In this document: positions 38,193 to 52,299 of the stretch, piece after piece | Layout of the letters: every line of letters starts with the position of its first letter | Numbering within the stretch: the first letter of the stretch is position 1 | From: Octopus vulgaris | Lineage: Eukaryota | Assembly: GCA_951406725.2 (NCBI GenBank) | Contig: OX597831.1 | Location: 58,714,001-58,778,000 of the forward strand | Direction of reading: 5' to 3' | Length of the DNA: 64,000 nucleotides | Program-made: the position numbers and the translations under genes | The notes under the pieces: generated by a model | The model's input: only the letters and a program-made list of their open reading frames with translations | Databases searched by the model: none | What the model was told of the DNA's origin: nothing

Positions 38193-39490
38193 ACACGATA
38201 TATTTTTTTGATATATTGCAGTGGATATCTGTTTAGAAATCCATCCAAAAGTGGGTTTCGAGTAGTAACTAGAATAATTGGTAATTTTCTAATGAATATT
38301 TCGTTTTGTGTTTTTGAAAGTACTTTCAAACTTACACCTCATAAGTTCAGAATCTTTATTAATCATTGATTTTTAACATAATGGAATATATAAAATAACT
38401 TCTAAACAAAGATTTCACAACTTATACTTCCTGCAATACGGGTATGCAGACCTTACCATGGACCTGAAAATGGCCCATTCTTCTTTCTTATAATTGTTGA
38501 AACTCAGTTTGTATTCGTGGATTTTAAAGAGTGTGTTTGATAAAACAATTTCCGGTTGACTGTCTGTCGGCGTACTTTCATCAATTGAAATAGCTCTCAC
38601 AATGAGATAGGAAATATCATCAGCTTTATCGTCAAAACTTATCAATGAAAGCAAGAAATAAACGCCATAGTATGAATTGATCACGACAGAAATGCTTGTT
38701 AATAGTAGGAAGAGAGATTGATGTTAGGTAAGTAGACTGTTTTTCTTTTTATTAGTCCTCCTTTAGGAAATACAGTTTCAAAAATAGTTGAAGATGTAAT
38801 TGTTACTTCTTAGAATTAATTTAAAAGTTTACGGCTTTGTGTTAACGATAGTCCTTGATGAGGCAATCTAAATTATAGATATTGAAAAGCTTTCGATTGA
38901 CTTCTATTACAGTTTTTTTTTAGATCTCTATAGTAGGTAGCCTTAAGTAGATATTATTTATGGACAAAGCAACACAAGGAAAAATATTCAATGTAATTAT
39001 TTAAAGCAGCCTAATGAATGGTGTATCGTGTATTCGTTCACTGTTATTGGATGGAAGATGTATTTGGCTGTATATCAAGTCATACCTCTAGGGAACATTC
39101 ATTTATCTATAGAAAACACTGTACGTAACAGAGCTTGGAGAAATATATAAAACTTTTATGTCTATTGTTGTTGTCGCTGCAGCAAAAGTACTCTACACAG
39201 AAGTAAGAATTTTGCGAAATGTATTTCATTCCAAACTTTCAATATTTGAAACAACGCAAACTATCCATATAAAATAGGTCGCTAAACAATGCAAATATTT
39301 CTCCTAGGAAACCCATGGATGGTGGGTAAATGTGGTACATACAAACGCACACACACCAAATTATATATACACATATTCATACGTTTATGTATATATATGT
39401 ATATGTATGTATATATATATATATGTATATATATGTATATATATATATATATGTACATTATATGTATATATATATGTATATATATATGTA

Positions 39491-39543
<53 letters not shown>

Positions 39544-39745
39544 ATGTATATATATTTATATATGTATGTGTGTGAGCATGTATGAGCGTGCAAGCCTGAG
39601 TGTGAGTGTAGTCGTCTTCACAATTATTCTGACAATAATAGTAGATACAAAAAACTATTCTTATAAATCACATGATTTTAAGTTTACGAACGATATTCGT
39701 ACATATATACGTATACACACATACAAGCACACACACACACACAAA

Positions 39746-39783
<38 letters not shown>

Positions 39784-40681
39784 ATGCACATATATTTTAC
39801 TGATATACATGTACACAGATACATGCAAGCACAAACGTATACAGACAAAATTCACACACAATACACACATAATTTATAGATGCATATGCACGCTCAGTTT
39901 CTCACAATTTGGTAGATGTAGTCCTTTATATCAGAAATTATAGTGTTGCACATAAAATAGTTTTAAAACAATTCAATTTTGAACAATGGCGTTAACACCA
40001 ATATCAATAATTTGACCATAGCAATTCTCATTGTCAGAGAAATATTTTACATTCATAATAGAGTAACCAAAAATCTATACTTTCTACGTTTGTAATATTT
40101 TCTTATATTGAAGTCTGCTTATGAAATATTATTGTTTTGGTAAGATAACAAAGTTAAACCTTTAGGTAACATTGCATATCTAGATTTGACTGTCTATTGT
40201 TCTGAATAGAAAGCAACTAATTTTCTTTCCGTAGCGCAGTCACTATTGTAGTTACAAATATAATTGGAGTTTTATGGTTGCTTATGTATGAGATACTTTA
40301 ACAATTCTGTTAATAAGCAGAATACAGTGAATATTGTGAAAATAGTATAGACAATATACTGCGAGAAAGTGAAACAACTATTTATGTAATATCTTAAATG
40401 ACTCTGAGGCGAGAGCGAAACTATAGAATCAATTTCTATTAGAATAGTCCTGTGAAGAGAATAAGGATGTTTTTTTCATTGCAAATATGAACACGATGTA
40501 AAAAAAATATTGTAAAATTAATAACAGACTATTCTACATTTTTCTTTGACATTCGCTGCTATATCAAGCAGATGAATGATCCGTTGTGAATTCCTGATGT
40601 ATTAATTTCCAGCAACAGTGATAAAGTACGTGTATAGGAACCGTTTCATGCGACTAATAATGTTTAAATTGCCTTCCCCTA

Positions 40682-41070
40682 AGGCGGCGAGCTGGCAGAA
40701 ACGTTAGCACACCGGGCAGTATGCGTAGCCGTATTTCGTCTGCCGTTACGTACTGAGTTCAAATTCCGCCGAGGTCGACTTTGACTTTCATCCTTTTCGG
40801 GGTCGATTAAATAAGTGCCAGTTACACACTGGAGTAGATACAATCGACTAAATCCGTTTGTCTGTCCTTGCTCGTCCCCTCTGTGTTTAGCCCCTTGTGG
40901 GTAGTAAAGAAATAGGTATTTCGTCTGTCTTAACGTTCTGAGTTCAAATTCTGCTGAGGTCGACTTTGCATTTCATCCTTTCGGGGTCGATACATTAAGT
41001 ACCAGTTGCATACTAGGGTTGATCTAATCGACTGACCCCTCCCCAAAAAATTCGGGCCTAAAGTAGAAAA
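40682..41070 (+). mobile_element. SINE family B with a tandem partial second unit
   Basis: GTATTTCGTCTG...GGGGTCGAT occurs at ~40731 and again at ~40916. Confidence 0.88.
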
Positions 41071-41553
41071 GAAAGGAAAGGAATATTTAAATATCCTTCC
41101 ATGAAATATGACGTATGCATATTTAATATACTTCAATTAATCTATTTATGACAAAAATCGCATTATAATTATAGCGTGCAGAGCAATTTCTTTTGGTTTT
41201 ATTTTAAAATACTTTGCTATCCCGAAGAAAATTTTATTAAAATATTTTTATTTGTAAACATTTCTATAAGTCTATAATATTATATAATTCTAAGTATAAT
41301 CTATTAATTTCACTCTTATACATTTCAAAATTATCACTTTATTTTAACTGAGAGTGAAGACAATTTAATGAAGACCTGTCAGTATTGTAAGAGGCAGGAA
41401 CAACGATAATATACCGTTCTATTTGTAGGGTCCACAAACGTTTACTTAGTGCATCTGAAAGCAATGTACTTTAATTTGCTGCATTACATATCAATGCCAG
41501 ATAGTTATTGCATTTCTTTTATAAAATATAATACCTTTTCGTAGCTAAACCCA

Positions 41554-42793
41554 CAGAATGTCCCAAAATTAAGGCAAAAGAAGTTTCGAGCTTTAAAAAA
41601 TATCAATAAATGTCATTAGATATGAAAATTATACACCATTATAAAAGCATAGATTGTCTTATTTTTGTTTCAGTCTAAATAAATTCAGATTTATAAATTC
41701 GATGATGGCTATAAACTGAAGTAGAACTATAACCCTCAACACAGAAGGGCGAAAGTAATACAGTTAGAGTAAAAGAGCTTAAAATTAAGCGCACAACAGT
41801 CTGGGAAATTTTCAAGAAATTTCAAGAGACTGTTTCTACGGCTGATCGATTTTGACGTAGCCGAAAAAGAAGTGTGCAGTCCCGTCAGCTTATCAAAAGT
41901 ACCAGAGAAAAGAGACGACAAAATGCTCGTCATTCTGTCAGAAAACTGTTTGCCATAAAAAAAAGCCAAACATCGATGTAATGTATCGAGTGCTGAAGGC
42001 GGATCACAGGACACAACCTTAAAAGTTGATCCACCATCATCAGCTCATGCAAGTCATGAGACTGGAGAGAAGTCGTCTTATCCTGCATCAGATTGCTAAA
42101 GGCACGCTGTCCAACACGGTGTTCATTGATGAAAATAAATTTGACATCGAACAGATAGCAAACCATCAGAATGACCTACTTTAGAGTATATCTGGCTCAG
42201 TCGAGGGTAGATTCAGTTATAGTCAGTTATGATTTGGGCAGCTGGAAGGTCTCCTCTCGTTTTTGTGCTATCGGGAGTTAAATTTAACAATCAGCGGTAA
42301 TTAGATCGAAGTTGTGGAAGCTGAATCGCTTTCATGGGCCTTTCATGGGCGCCTTGAAACCTTCAACAGGACACGCTACCATCCCACAGACAGACACAGG
42401 AATGCATTCAGAGACACAGCCCGTCATTCATACGCAAGGATGTATGGCCCTCACGAAGCATTGGAATTTTGAACGCATTGGAAATTTCTGTTTCATCCAT
42501 TCTAGAGATGAGTGTGTTGAGTACGCCTTGTGTTTCGCTCGACGCTCTGAAGGAAAAAGCACGCTAGGAATGGGCTTCGATTCCGTCAGAACAGCTGCGT
42601 GCCACGTGTGGAGCCTCTTCACATAGACTTGAGGCTGTGATTCGAAACAGATGTGGTCATATTGAATAAATGTGGTAGTGTCCTAACTGTGTTTCCTTTA
42701 CCATTGCTTTGCAACGCTCAGAATCCAAATATGACAATATTTTGTTTTCTCAATATTGAAAAATGTTGGTTGCATTAATTTTGGGACACCATG
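41554..42793 (+). mobile_element. Decayed Tc1/mariner superfamily transposon (maT/DD37D-like)
   Basis: TIRs TGTCCCAAAATTAA / TTAATTTTGGGACA with TA on the right; broken transposase motifs VFIDENKFDIEQIANHQND, VMIWA, SPLVFV, QQD, WPS. Confidence 0.75.
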
Positions 42794-43222
42794 TATTATA
42801 TTTAGAACTATTTAAAGTAGGCATTCATTATTTCACTTTGGATTTTACATGCAAAGCGAAAAACATTAGCAATAACAATCAATAATATAACGCTCATGCA
42901 ACAACGCAAGCTTCGATATCACAGCTATTTAATTAATCTGATATCATATATGGCTAATTCCCCTGTGCATAAATATGTAAGTGTATACATGTGCATGCTC
43001 ATATATGTGTCTATATATGTTTGAGCGTATATCTGTATGAATGTGTTTGTATATATATATATATATATACACATACATATATATGTGTGTATATATGTAT
43101 ATATATACATATATATGTGTGTATATATGTATATATATATATATGTGTATATATGTTATATTATTATTTAATTGAACGCCATACATTCATTTCCAAGTAT
43201 ATATCCATACATACATACATAT

Positions 43223-43283
<61 letters not shown>

Positions 43284-43419
43284 CATACATGTATATATAT
43301 ACCGCACACACACATACACACACTTACAGTTGGTGAGGTCCTGTACCCATATATGCATACATATATAAATATATATGTATGTATGTATGTTTGTATGTAT
43401 GTATGTATATATATATATA

Positions 43420-43728
43420 TAAATAATATTAATTAGAGACAAAACCACTATTTTGCAAATCAAACAAAGAAAGACTTAATACATGAATAGAAGATCTGAA
43501 ATCCACCTGATGAATGTCCTTAGAAGAGACACGAAACAATTGTAGTGGCGAATTTAATTTTATTTAATTTATATTAAATTTTTTTATGTATTGGATTAAG
43601 TCTTTCTTTGTTTGATTTGCAAAATAGAGGTTTTGTCTCTAATTAATATTATATAATATTTTACTATAAAATTGGATTCAATCCTAAATCTGATTTTCCC
43701 TGTAATTTTGGATTTATTCCCTAATATT

Positions 43729-43735
<7 letters not shown>
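43420..43735 (+). mobile_element. Fold-back element, probably PLE-derived, with central hammerhead
   Basis: 43428-43480 is inverted at 43596-43650; flanked by (TA)n. Confidence 0.75.
43503..43548 (+). ncRNA. Minimal type I hammerhead ribozyme
   Basis: CCAC-CUGAUGA-A-UGUC(CUUAGAAGA)GACA-C-GAAA-CAAUUG-UA-GUGG. Confidence 0.82.
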
Positions 43736-43764
<29 letters not shown>

Positions 43765-43867
43765 TCAGCAACAATTTAGATTCAAATGAATATGGCACTT
43801 AATTTAGATGCACCAGAAGTTTGTATGGTGTTACCCATAAACATATGCAAGGTGATTATAATCACCT

Positions 43868-45474
43868 TTTTATTAAAAGCTGTAAATATTACAGCAGATT
43901 TATGGTGCCGAGTAATCTTCAGCTAATTTTATATAGGTTTTCCAATAATATAAAGTTCTCAAATCAATTAATGACATCTTAGGGAAGGTAAATATACAGA
44001 TAAAGATGTTGATATGAATCTTAGGAACATGAGGTAGTGTAGTTTAGATGCCAACTGACCAAAACCTTGTTTACAACTGACTGTTGTAAGAAAATGTCTT
44101 TAGTTATAAGGATAGGGGTAAGGGCAGGTCAAGAATTCAAGTTAGTTGAAGAAAAGAAGAGGAAAGTACAGGAGATGTAAAAGAACAGATTGTCACTAGA
44201 ACAAAGGGTCAATTTATTTATGTGGTGACAAAAAATTTAGGTCAGTGTAGATTATCATTAAATTCTTAGGAACATATGAGGTAGTAGGTCAGCTACTAAC
44301 TAACCAAACCCTACTTTCAACTGAAAGCCATCAGAATTTTTAGTAGGAATTTAGGTAAGGAGATGTGAAAGACTACTGTAAAAGGGGTTTAAATTAGTTG
44401 CAGAAAAAAATGAAGGATTTAAAATACATGAAGGGATTTCAGGTTGTCACTAGAACAAAAAGCTATTTATTTTTGTGGTGAGAAAAAATCTAGGCCAACG
44501 TACAGAGGTCAATTAAATTCTTTCACAAAGGGAAGGGAACAAAAACTCATCTAATTTATAGTAGATATCGTATTTTATAACTGGGGGAATGGTATTAATG
44601 TTAAAATTAGAATAGATTTGGGGAAAGATGCAATTTCAAGATTATAGTGATGTTAATCTAGTTGACTATAAAGTAAATTAAAGGTTAGTATAGTATATCT
44701 CATATTATTATTATATTAAAAAGTTACAGTTAGAAAAAATAGGAAAACTTAAATTTCTATTTAAAGTATTTAAAAGTTCTAATTGTGGAATGTATGCACG
44801 ATGTACCTAACTCTAGACGATTATTTAGTAGATTTTTGTTACTTCGATACTTTAAAATTTCATAGGTTTCCATAGAACAGAGTTGACAGCCTACTCTACT
44901 ATTTCTATAAGGTTTTGCCCTCCTAAATATATACTATTTTAGGTTGTATCCTATATTATTTGTTTTAAGTTCCCAACATTTTGCTAGATGGTGCATACGA
45001 AAAGAGGAGAGATGATTGTTAAGACGTCGTTTAAAATCCACAGAACAACCGAGATAAAAAAAAGCTAACGTTAGAAGTTATTATAGTGCATTTATAAATT
45101 ACGTTTTGGACCGAACAACGACCAGATGCCGAACAATTTGATCTAATCCTACAATTACAACTGGGGGGATAATATTCAGATTTGGAATTATTTAAGGATA
45201 GTTCCCTCACATTACTGTTATTTAAAATATTATTAGTAATATTATTAGTATTATTTTCATTATTAGTGGTCATATTGATATCCAAAATAGGGTTACTATT
45301 TATTGATCTAACATACCAATACCTATACTACCTACACTACTGGTATTGCTATTATCATTATTTATATTTATTTCAATGTTGTTATTATTGTTATTATTAT
45401 TATTGCTATCATCATTTTTAGTATAATTTTTATTTTCCATATTAGTACCATTATTATTATTTTTATTAATATTA

Positions 45475-45551
<77 letters not shown>

Positions 45552-45923
45552 GTTATAATGATTATTATTGTGAATTTCTATTGTTGATGCTGTTATTACA
45601 ATTATTATTACTATCCATGTTGATACTATTCATTCTACTCCTGGCTAACTTAATGTTTTTTACTATTAAGTCTAGCTATGGTAGACATAAACTACACTAC
45701 CTCATGTTCCTAAGATTCATATCTACATCTTTATCTGTATATGTACCTTCCCTAAGATGTTGTTAATTGATTTGAGAACTTTATATTATTGGAAAACCTA
45801 TATAAAATTAGCTGAAGATTACTCGGCATCATAAATCTGGTGTAATATTTACAGCTTTTAATAAAATGTTGTAGTATGAAACAATTGTACTAAATTACCG
45901 GATTCATTCTTGTTGCTTATTTT

Positions 45924-45925
<2 letters not shown>
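43868..45925 (-). mobile_element. 5'-truncated Penelope-like element (Naiad-like GIY-YIG remnant) with inverted pLTR copy
   Basis: Minus strand ~45200-44830: CNCRIRSNC...GRC...VIYKC, YLG...FKRRLNNH..SF, WELK, PY...CQLC; 43868-44048 is inverted at 45688-45866; two ~245 bp tandem units at 44020-44520. Confidence 0.8.
45808..45893 (+). ncRNA. Type I hammerhead with extended stem II in the PLE pLTR
   Basis: UUAG-CUGAAGA-U-UACU.CGGCAU...AUGUUG.U.AGUA-U-GAAA-CAAUUG-UA-CUAA. Confidence 0.72.
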
Positions 45926-45972
<47 letters not shown>

Positions 45973-46049
45973 CTGACGAAGAAATAATTCTAATAACACG
46001 TTACATTGCTTCGTAACTTTTAACTAATCAACAGTATTATATTTAAAGG

Positions 46050-46366
46050 GCTCCGCCGGTTACGACGACGAGGGTCCCAGCTGATACGATCAACGGAACA
46101 GCTTGCTCGTGAAATTAACGTGCAAATGGCTGAGCATTCCACAGACACGTGTACCCTTAACGTAGTTCTCGGGGATAATCAGCGTGACACAGAGAGTGAC
46201 AAGGCTGACCCTTTGAAATACAAGTACAACTCATTTTTGCCAGCTGAGAGGACTGGAGCAACGTGAAATAAAGTGTCTTGCTCAAGGACACAACGCGTCG
46301 CCGGGAATCGAACTCACAACCTTACGATCATGAGCCGAATGCCCTAACCACTAAGCCACGCGCCCT
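46050..46366 (-). mobile_element. SINE family D, full length
   Basis: GGCGCGTGGCTTAGTGGTTAGG...GAGTTCGATTCCC head; TGTGTCCTTGAGCAAGACACTTTA central domain. Confidence 0.9.
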
Positions 46367-46529
46367 CACGGTATTATATTTAATAATAAATAAATTACAC
46401 TCCTCGTTTTATCATTTATTGTGCTATATCTTATATATTTTACAGAATGTTAAATTACGGACCTTTTATCATGCGAACTCCTGGTTTACATAAATCCATA
46501 TATTGTGATTTAAATATACATATTTATTT

Positions 46530-46822
46530 TTATTATTTTTATTTGTTGCAGTCATTTGACTGCGTCCATACTTGGGTGCCACCTGAAAGTGTTTTTTGTC
46601 GGAGAAATGGACTCCAGGGCTTATTCTCTGTAAGTCTAGTTCGCATTACATCTATATGTTTGCTAAGGGGCAAAGTTACGGGGATATAAACAAGTTAGCA
46701 TTGGCTGTCAAGCGATCATTGGGAGACAGCACAAACATACGCATATATATACGACGGGCTTCTTTCAGCTTCCGTCTACGAAATCCATTCAAAAAGTATT
46801 GGTCGGCCCGAGGCTATAGCAG
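46530..46822 (-). mobile_element. SINE family A, diverged and partial
   Basis: Homology to 8597-8925. Confidence 0.8.
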
Positions 46823-47436
46823 TTGATAAGTACCATGGACACACACACACATACACACACACACACACACACATACACACATACTTAGATATATATACAG
46901 TCAACACCAGGTTAAAGCTTATGTATACATAATTTATAATCCGGTGTTGACTATATTGTCATTTTTGCGATGTACAATGAAAGATAGGAACAGTACATCA
47001 CGGTCAAAACTTAACGCTGATGATCACACCTTGTAGGTATGATTATAAGTTAAGAGGTTAATGGACTAAGTAAGGCTTCTAATCAAATCTACACAGGAAA
47101 CAGCAATAAATAAAAAAAACATCTATCTTTAAAGAAAATATTAAAATGCCACTTAAGAGTGTTTCGAAGAGTAGTTGGTTTTGCTTTACACCTTTTAGAC
47201 ACCCACTCACGAACACAAACATTTATATTCTAGCTCTGCTCATGGGGCTGTTGGTTATCCTCTCAGTATATATATAAATGTACTTTTCACGCAACCATAA
47301 GACTTTGAACCCCTATTTCTAGCAATAAATGGGATTTTAGCACCCACAGTTACAATTGTTTTCTATATGGCTTTCTATTCGCCTAGCTGTTGACATAAAT
47401 TTTAAGAAAACGCTTTTGTAAATGTATGCATGTATA

Positions 47437-47489
<53 letters not shown>

Positions 47490-47567
47490 ATATATATATG
47501 TATATACATACATACATATATATATATAAATATATATATACGTACATACATACATATATATATGTTA

Positions 47568-47598
<31 letters not shown>

Positions 47599-49779
47599 CT
47601 TATATATATTTATCTATGTATTATATATCTAGATGCCTATATATATATGTTTGTATGTATGTATGTACATATAAAGATGTAAATGTGTATGGCTGCGGGT
47701 TCGTTCGTATCTTTGAATGGACAAATAAGCCAAACAAAAAGCAGGGAAAATATACACATGATGTGTTTTCACGACATTTTATCAATCACCTCGCTCTCTT
47801 TCCGATGCTGCTTTGTTTCTCTACATAACTGTTCCCGGATGAATATTGATATCAGAAATTTATTCAGCGATATTCATGGCTATTATATGCAAAGATGATT
47901 GCTTAATGCTTAACAAACTAAATTAATAAAAATGAAGTAAATACAGTGCTGGCGGGTGAATAAATCTTTGATAGTACACTTCAAAGGAACCAAATAGCAA
48001 TACATAACGAAATTAATATTTCTATATTTTAATGATTGCTTTCGTTTTGTGAGAGATAGAAATTAAGTATACCCTATACTCGATGAAATGTTCAGTGAAA
48101 ATTAATTTAATACATATAGAATTGGAGAGTTGTGTATATTGTAATTTTTATTACTTTGGAAAGAAAATAATTAAATAGTGATTCAATTCTGTATAGCTCG
48201 TTACCAGAAATAACTCAACATAAATGACTTAATTCGAATAATATTTAGATTAATGCTATCTTTCCTAGTTCTTTTCTTGTTTTGTATATCACAACACTGA
48301 TGTATCGGCTAATATTATCTGATTATAGCCTTAGAATAATATTGTGAACATTGATACATCTAATGTACATAAAGAAATAAACCACGGAAACTTAGAATGC
48401 TGCTCAATTAATATACAAATGGAACGTAAAATAAACGAAATATTTTTCCCAGATGTTTGACATCTTTGTGAAATCATGTTTAGCTGAAGCGATAAACGTT
48501 GATGTTAACATATCCATGGCTATGAGAATTTACCCTTACTGGTCTAGTCATACAAGCAAAAGTATTCTAACACATTCAGCAATACTTAAACAACATACTC
48601 CTTGACAGACGTAAAACGATGTAAAGAATACAGAAAAAAATTAAATTGATAATGATCACGAATCTTTTCAGAAGAAATATTGACATCTATAATTCATTAT
48701 CTTCGAGAGCGCAATACACTTTTAAAAGATTTTGCTGAATGGATAGACACATTTGAAAGAAGTCCTTTAGAAAAATATGGATTATGATCCAGCGCAAATA
48801 CCCCGCTACATTATCGCACAAGTTGTAAGATATAGCACGCAAAGTTTTATCATAAAACATCGTATCATCTTAAAAGACACACTTTACAATGGAGTCCTAG
48901 ATACACAAGGATACCTTGAATGTGGACTTGTTTAAAGTCATTGAATCACGTAGAGATAAACACTAATAAACATATTAAGCTGAAATAGATATCCTGAATA
49001 ATTTACGATACATCAAGATGGCAGGATGAAGTTTGGGGAAGATTTAACTAACGTTTCTAATCGGTCGATGAACACACTGACTCCCTCACGAAAACTTGTT
49101 AGTGTGATAATACATTTGTATCATGCCTGTAGTCATTTTAGCGCATGCATACGCACTGCAATGAGACTATATCAGAAATGATTAGATCAACGAAAGGTAT
49201 TGATTGGAATAATATTAAATAATAAAAATACCTTTAAGGTTAGTAATTATTTTATATAATTCCCTCTATATATCACCTTCTTGTCTTTACATCTTTTTAT
49301 ATCTCCTCATACGCTTACAACCCGTATGATTTGTTTTTATTATGTTGGTTTTTTTATGTGATTATATATTTAAAATAAGTTTATCAGTTATAGAACCAAT
49401 AATCTCATTTTTCCCCTTTGATCTCTGCTTTTCAGTCAATACAGAATGTGTACTTCTTTCTCGGATGAACTCTGAATGTAATTTAGGTTCATTGTTTGAA
49501 TGGTTGTATCATGACCACCTTAAAATTTGCTAGGATAAAGTATTATGAAGCTTCTATTTTATATAAAAGTAATCTATTTTTAGTGTTTAAATTGGTTTAA
49601 ATATCCTGATTATCTTACTTGATCCTTATATCTCTTTCTGGATTTTAAAAATTTTACCTTTTATTATACAAATATGATGATATAATTTTTGCTATACTTT
49701 GATTATATTTTGTGTGCCTGTACCCAAGTATCCATTTAGAGGCTTCGATGGAGCTTAAACATGAGTCCACTGTATCTTA

Positions 49780-50280
49780 TAGCTGAGGCGGATGTAAGTT
49801 AATGAAATTCATAAGGAAACCATATTTCTCCATTGTCAACTCATTTTCTGATACATCGACATCGATGGCTATTTCTTGATCATGCATTTACTGTTTCTTA
49901 TAGAATTTCATCATGGTGTTCTTTAAAGCGGTTTCTTTATGCTAGCGCCTGGTGCATGTGCAACCACATTTTTCACCCGATTGCTGTTTTCTGGATCTTG
50001 GTCAGATATTGTCCACCCACTCCACCTTTCTTTGGTGCACTTCCTTGCTGCCAATGTAGTGGTGGGTGGTCTTCACTGTTCGTACCTGGTGAGCCGGAAC
50101 CTTTAGTCATAATCATCCAGGTAATTATCCAGGTTAATCTGAGTGGAAAGACCAATTTTTTCGTTTTCACTTCGCAGAACTATGCATTGCTCTCACTGTG
50201 TAACATGATTTTTGTCCTTGAGTACCAACTCTTATTTCCTATTTGCTTACCGCTAGACAGGATGAAATATGACTAATATT
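49780..50280 (-). pseudogene. Possible heavily decayed PLE/GIY-YIG remnant
   Basis: Only NRFKEHH (~49915-49935) is recognisable. Confidence 0.3.
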
Positions 50281-51488
50281 TCCTTCAAACTTTGCTTTTA
50301 CTATATTTATCCAAACCTCAAAGAATCACCCTCGACACATGACTATGACGCTCCCCCGTTACTCCTGATCATGATCAAAGATGGAGATATTGTCAGCTAC
50401 TGTGAGACATGCTCAAGGTAAGGCAACTGACAAGAAAATATGTGGTATTTAGCAGAATATTTGCTATAATGATATTTCTGCTTTAGCAACTCAATGCTGA
50501 ATCTGTCTGAAATGTAATGGAAAATAGGTCAGTTTCAAAACTTTGGTGTCCAAAAATAGTTGTAATCTCGTTTGAGTTATAGATAGAAGTAAATATGAAA
50601 TAACACTTACTGAACAAATACAAAGAAAACAAATGCTACACAGTGTTATATTATATGTTATATTATATTATATTAATTTCGTTTCTGACTAATATGTTTA
50701 TATTAACTTAAATATTTTGATGCTAGGACTTCAAAATAACGTTACCTACATATGAGTTCAAGCATAAAAAGCTGTTCAGGTGTGCTATGTCACCCGTTAT
50801 GCTTGCTGTTTATAAAATAAAACTAATGTGGTTTAAAAAAACAACATTGTGACATAATACAATAATACTTTCTATAACTACACAACATAATTTAAAATTC
50901 ATCGACAACAGGATATTAATAAGGGACATGTCATTCTAAACTAATTTTAGGGTTTTTACGCATTTAATCGTTACTTTCAATTGTTATAAGACAGGTGCAG
51001 GCATTGATTAACAAGTTGTAATACGTACAATCATGAGATTAATAATAAATGAGCTAAATAAACATTGAAAATGTTAAAATGTACTTATAAATCTCCTTGT
51101 TATTTCTTTGGTGTGTATTTGTGGATGCAACAGCGAAAGTCACGCGTGCGCTATACGAACGGGTGAGGACATTAAGTTTTTGAAAACATAATCACTTTCT
51201 CACAATTGTAGATGAAACCAGTCTACGTCATATGATATAGCTACAAAAAGAAGTGTAATGATTGTAGTTACATATGTATAGATGCGTAGGGGTTTTAGCC
51301 TGTGAGAATCACTTTATAGATATTCTTATGTTCATATATTACAGAGCGAATTTTCAAGTACTATTGACAGTTGTATTTGATATAGATATGCATAGCTCGG
51401 GGTTTCAATATTTTACAAGAAGGAATTTTGTATGTTTGAGTAGCTTTCAGTGTTAGTGTTTCCTCGAGTATTATATATATACATATAC

Positions 51489-51542
<54 letters not shown>

Positions 51543-52299
51543 GTTTGTATGTATGTATGTTATAAGATCTTCCAGTAAATATATTTACATTTACATATAT
51601 GCATACATATATGCATGCATGCATTCATTCACACATGCATACATACATGCATAAACACATGCACTCATATAAATACAGACATATGTATATATATTTATAT
51701 ACATATATTTATATATATATATATATAAATGTGTGTGTGTGTGTTTGTGTGTCTGTGTATGCATGCATGTGTGTAAAATATATGTATATTAACATGCAGA
51801 AATTGTGCATGATGCAGTCATTTTACAGATTCTAACTGCATATAAGAAGAAATGATTAAAGCTTTGGGACAAGTAGATTGCTTAGAGACGATTGCACCTG
51901 ACATGATTTTCCTGGTACTAAAGAAAGCGGAGGATGGCGTGATCAACAGTTCAGAATGATGACGAATATTTTCGTGTAATAGTACTTACGTATGAAATAT
52001 CTATATCTGTATGTGTATAGTTGAAACTATCTACATTGCATGTTTGAAATACGTTGCCCTTCTAAAGCGTACGTCGCGTCTCATACATACATGCATACAT
52101 ACATACACATATACATACATGCTTACATACATATTACTGGGACCCTGGGATATGCAGCACACTGCCTAAATATCCTACTTGAGAAATTAGGATTCTCAAA
52201 ACCAGAAAGGAGAAAGCAAATTTGAAGACTACAGATCCAATACATCACTGGAACTATAAAAATCTGTAACACTTTGCAAGACTATCATTTAAATATATA

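Noticed and set aside
38850-38905. Hammerhead-like AGTC-CTTGATGA...GAAAAGCT...GACT
   Set aside because: Core spacing and cleavage triplet do not fit; at most a fossil.
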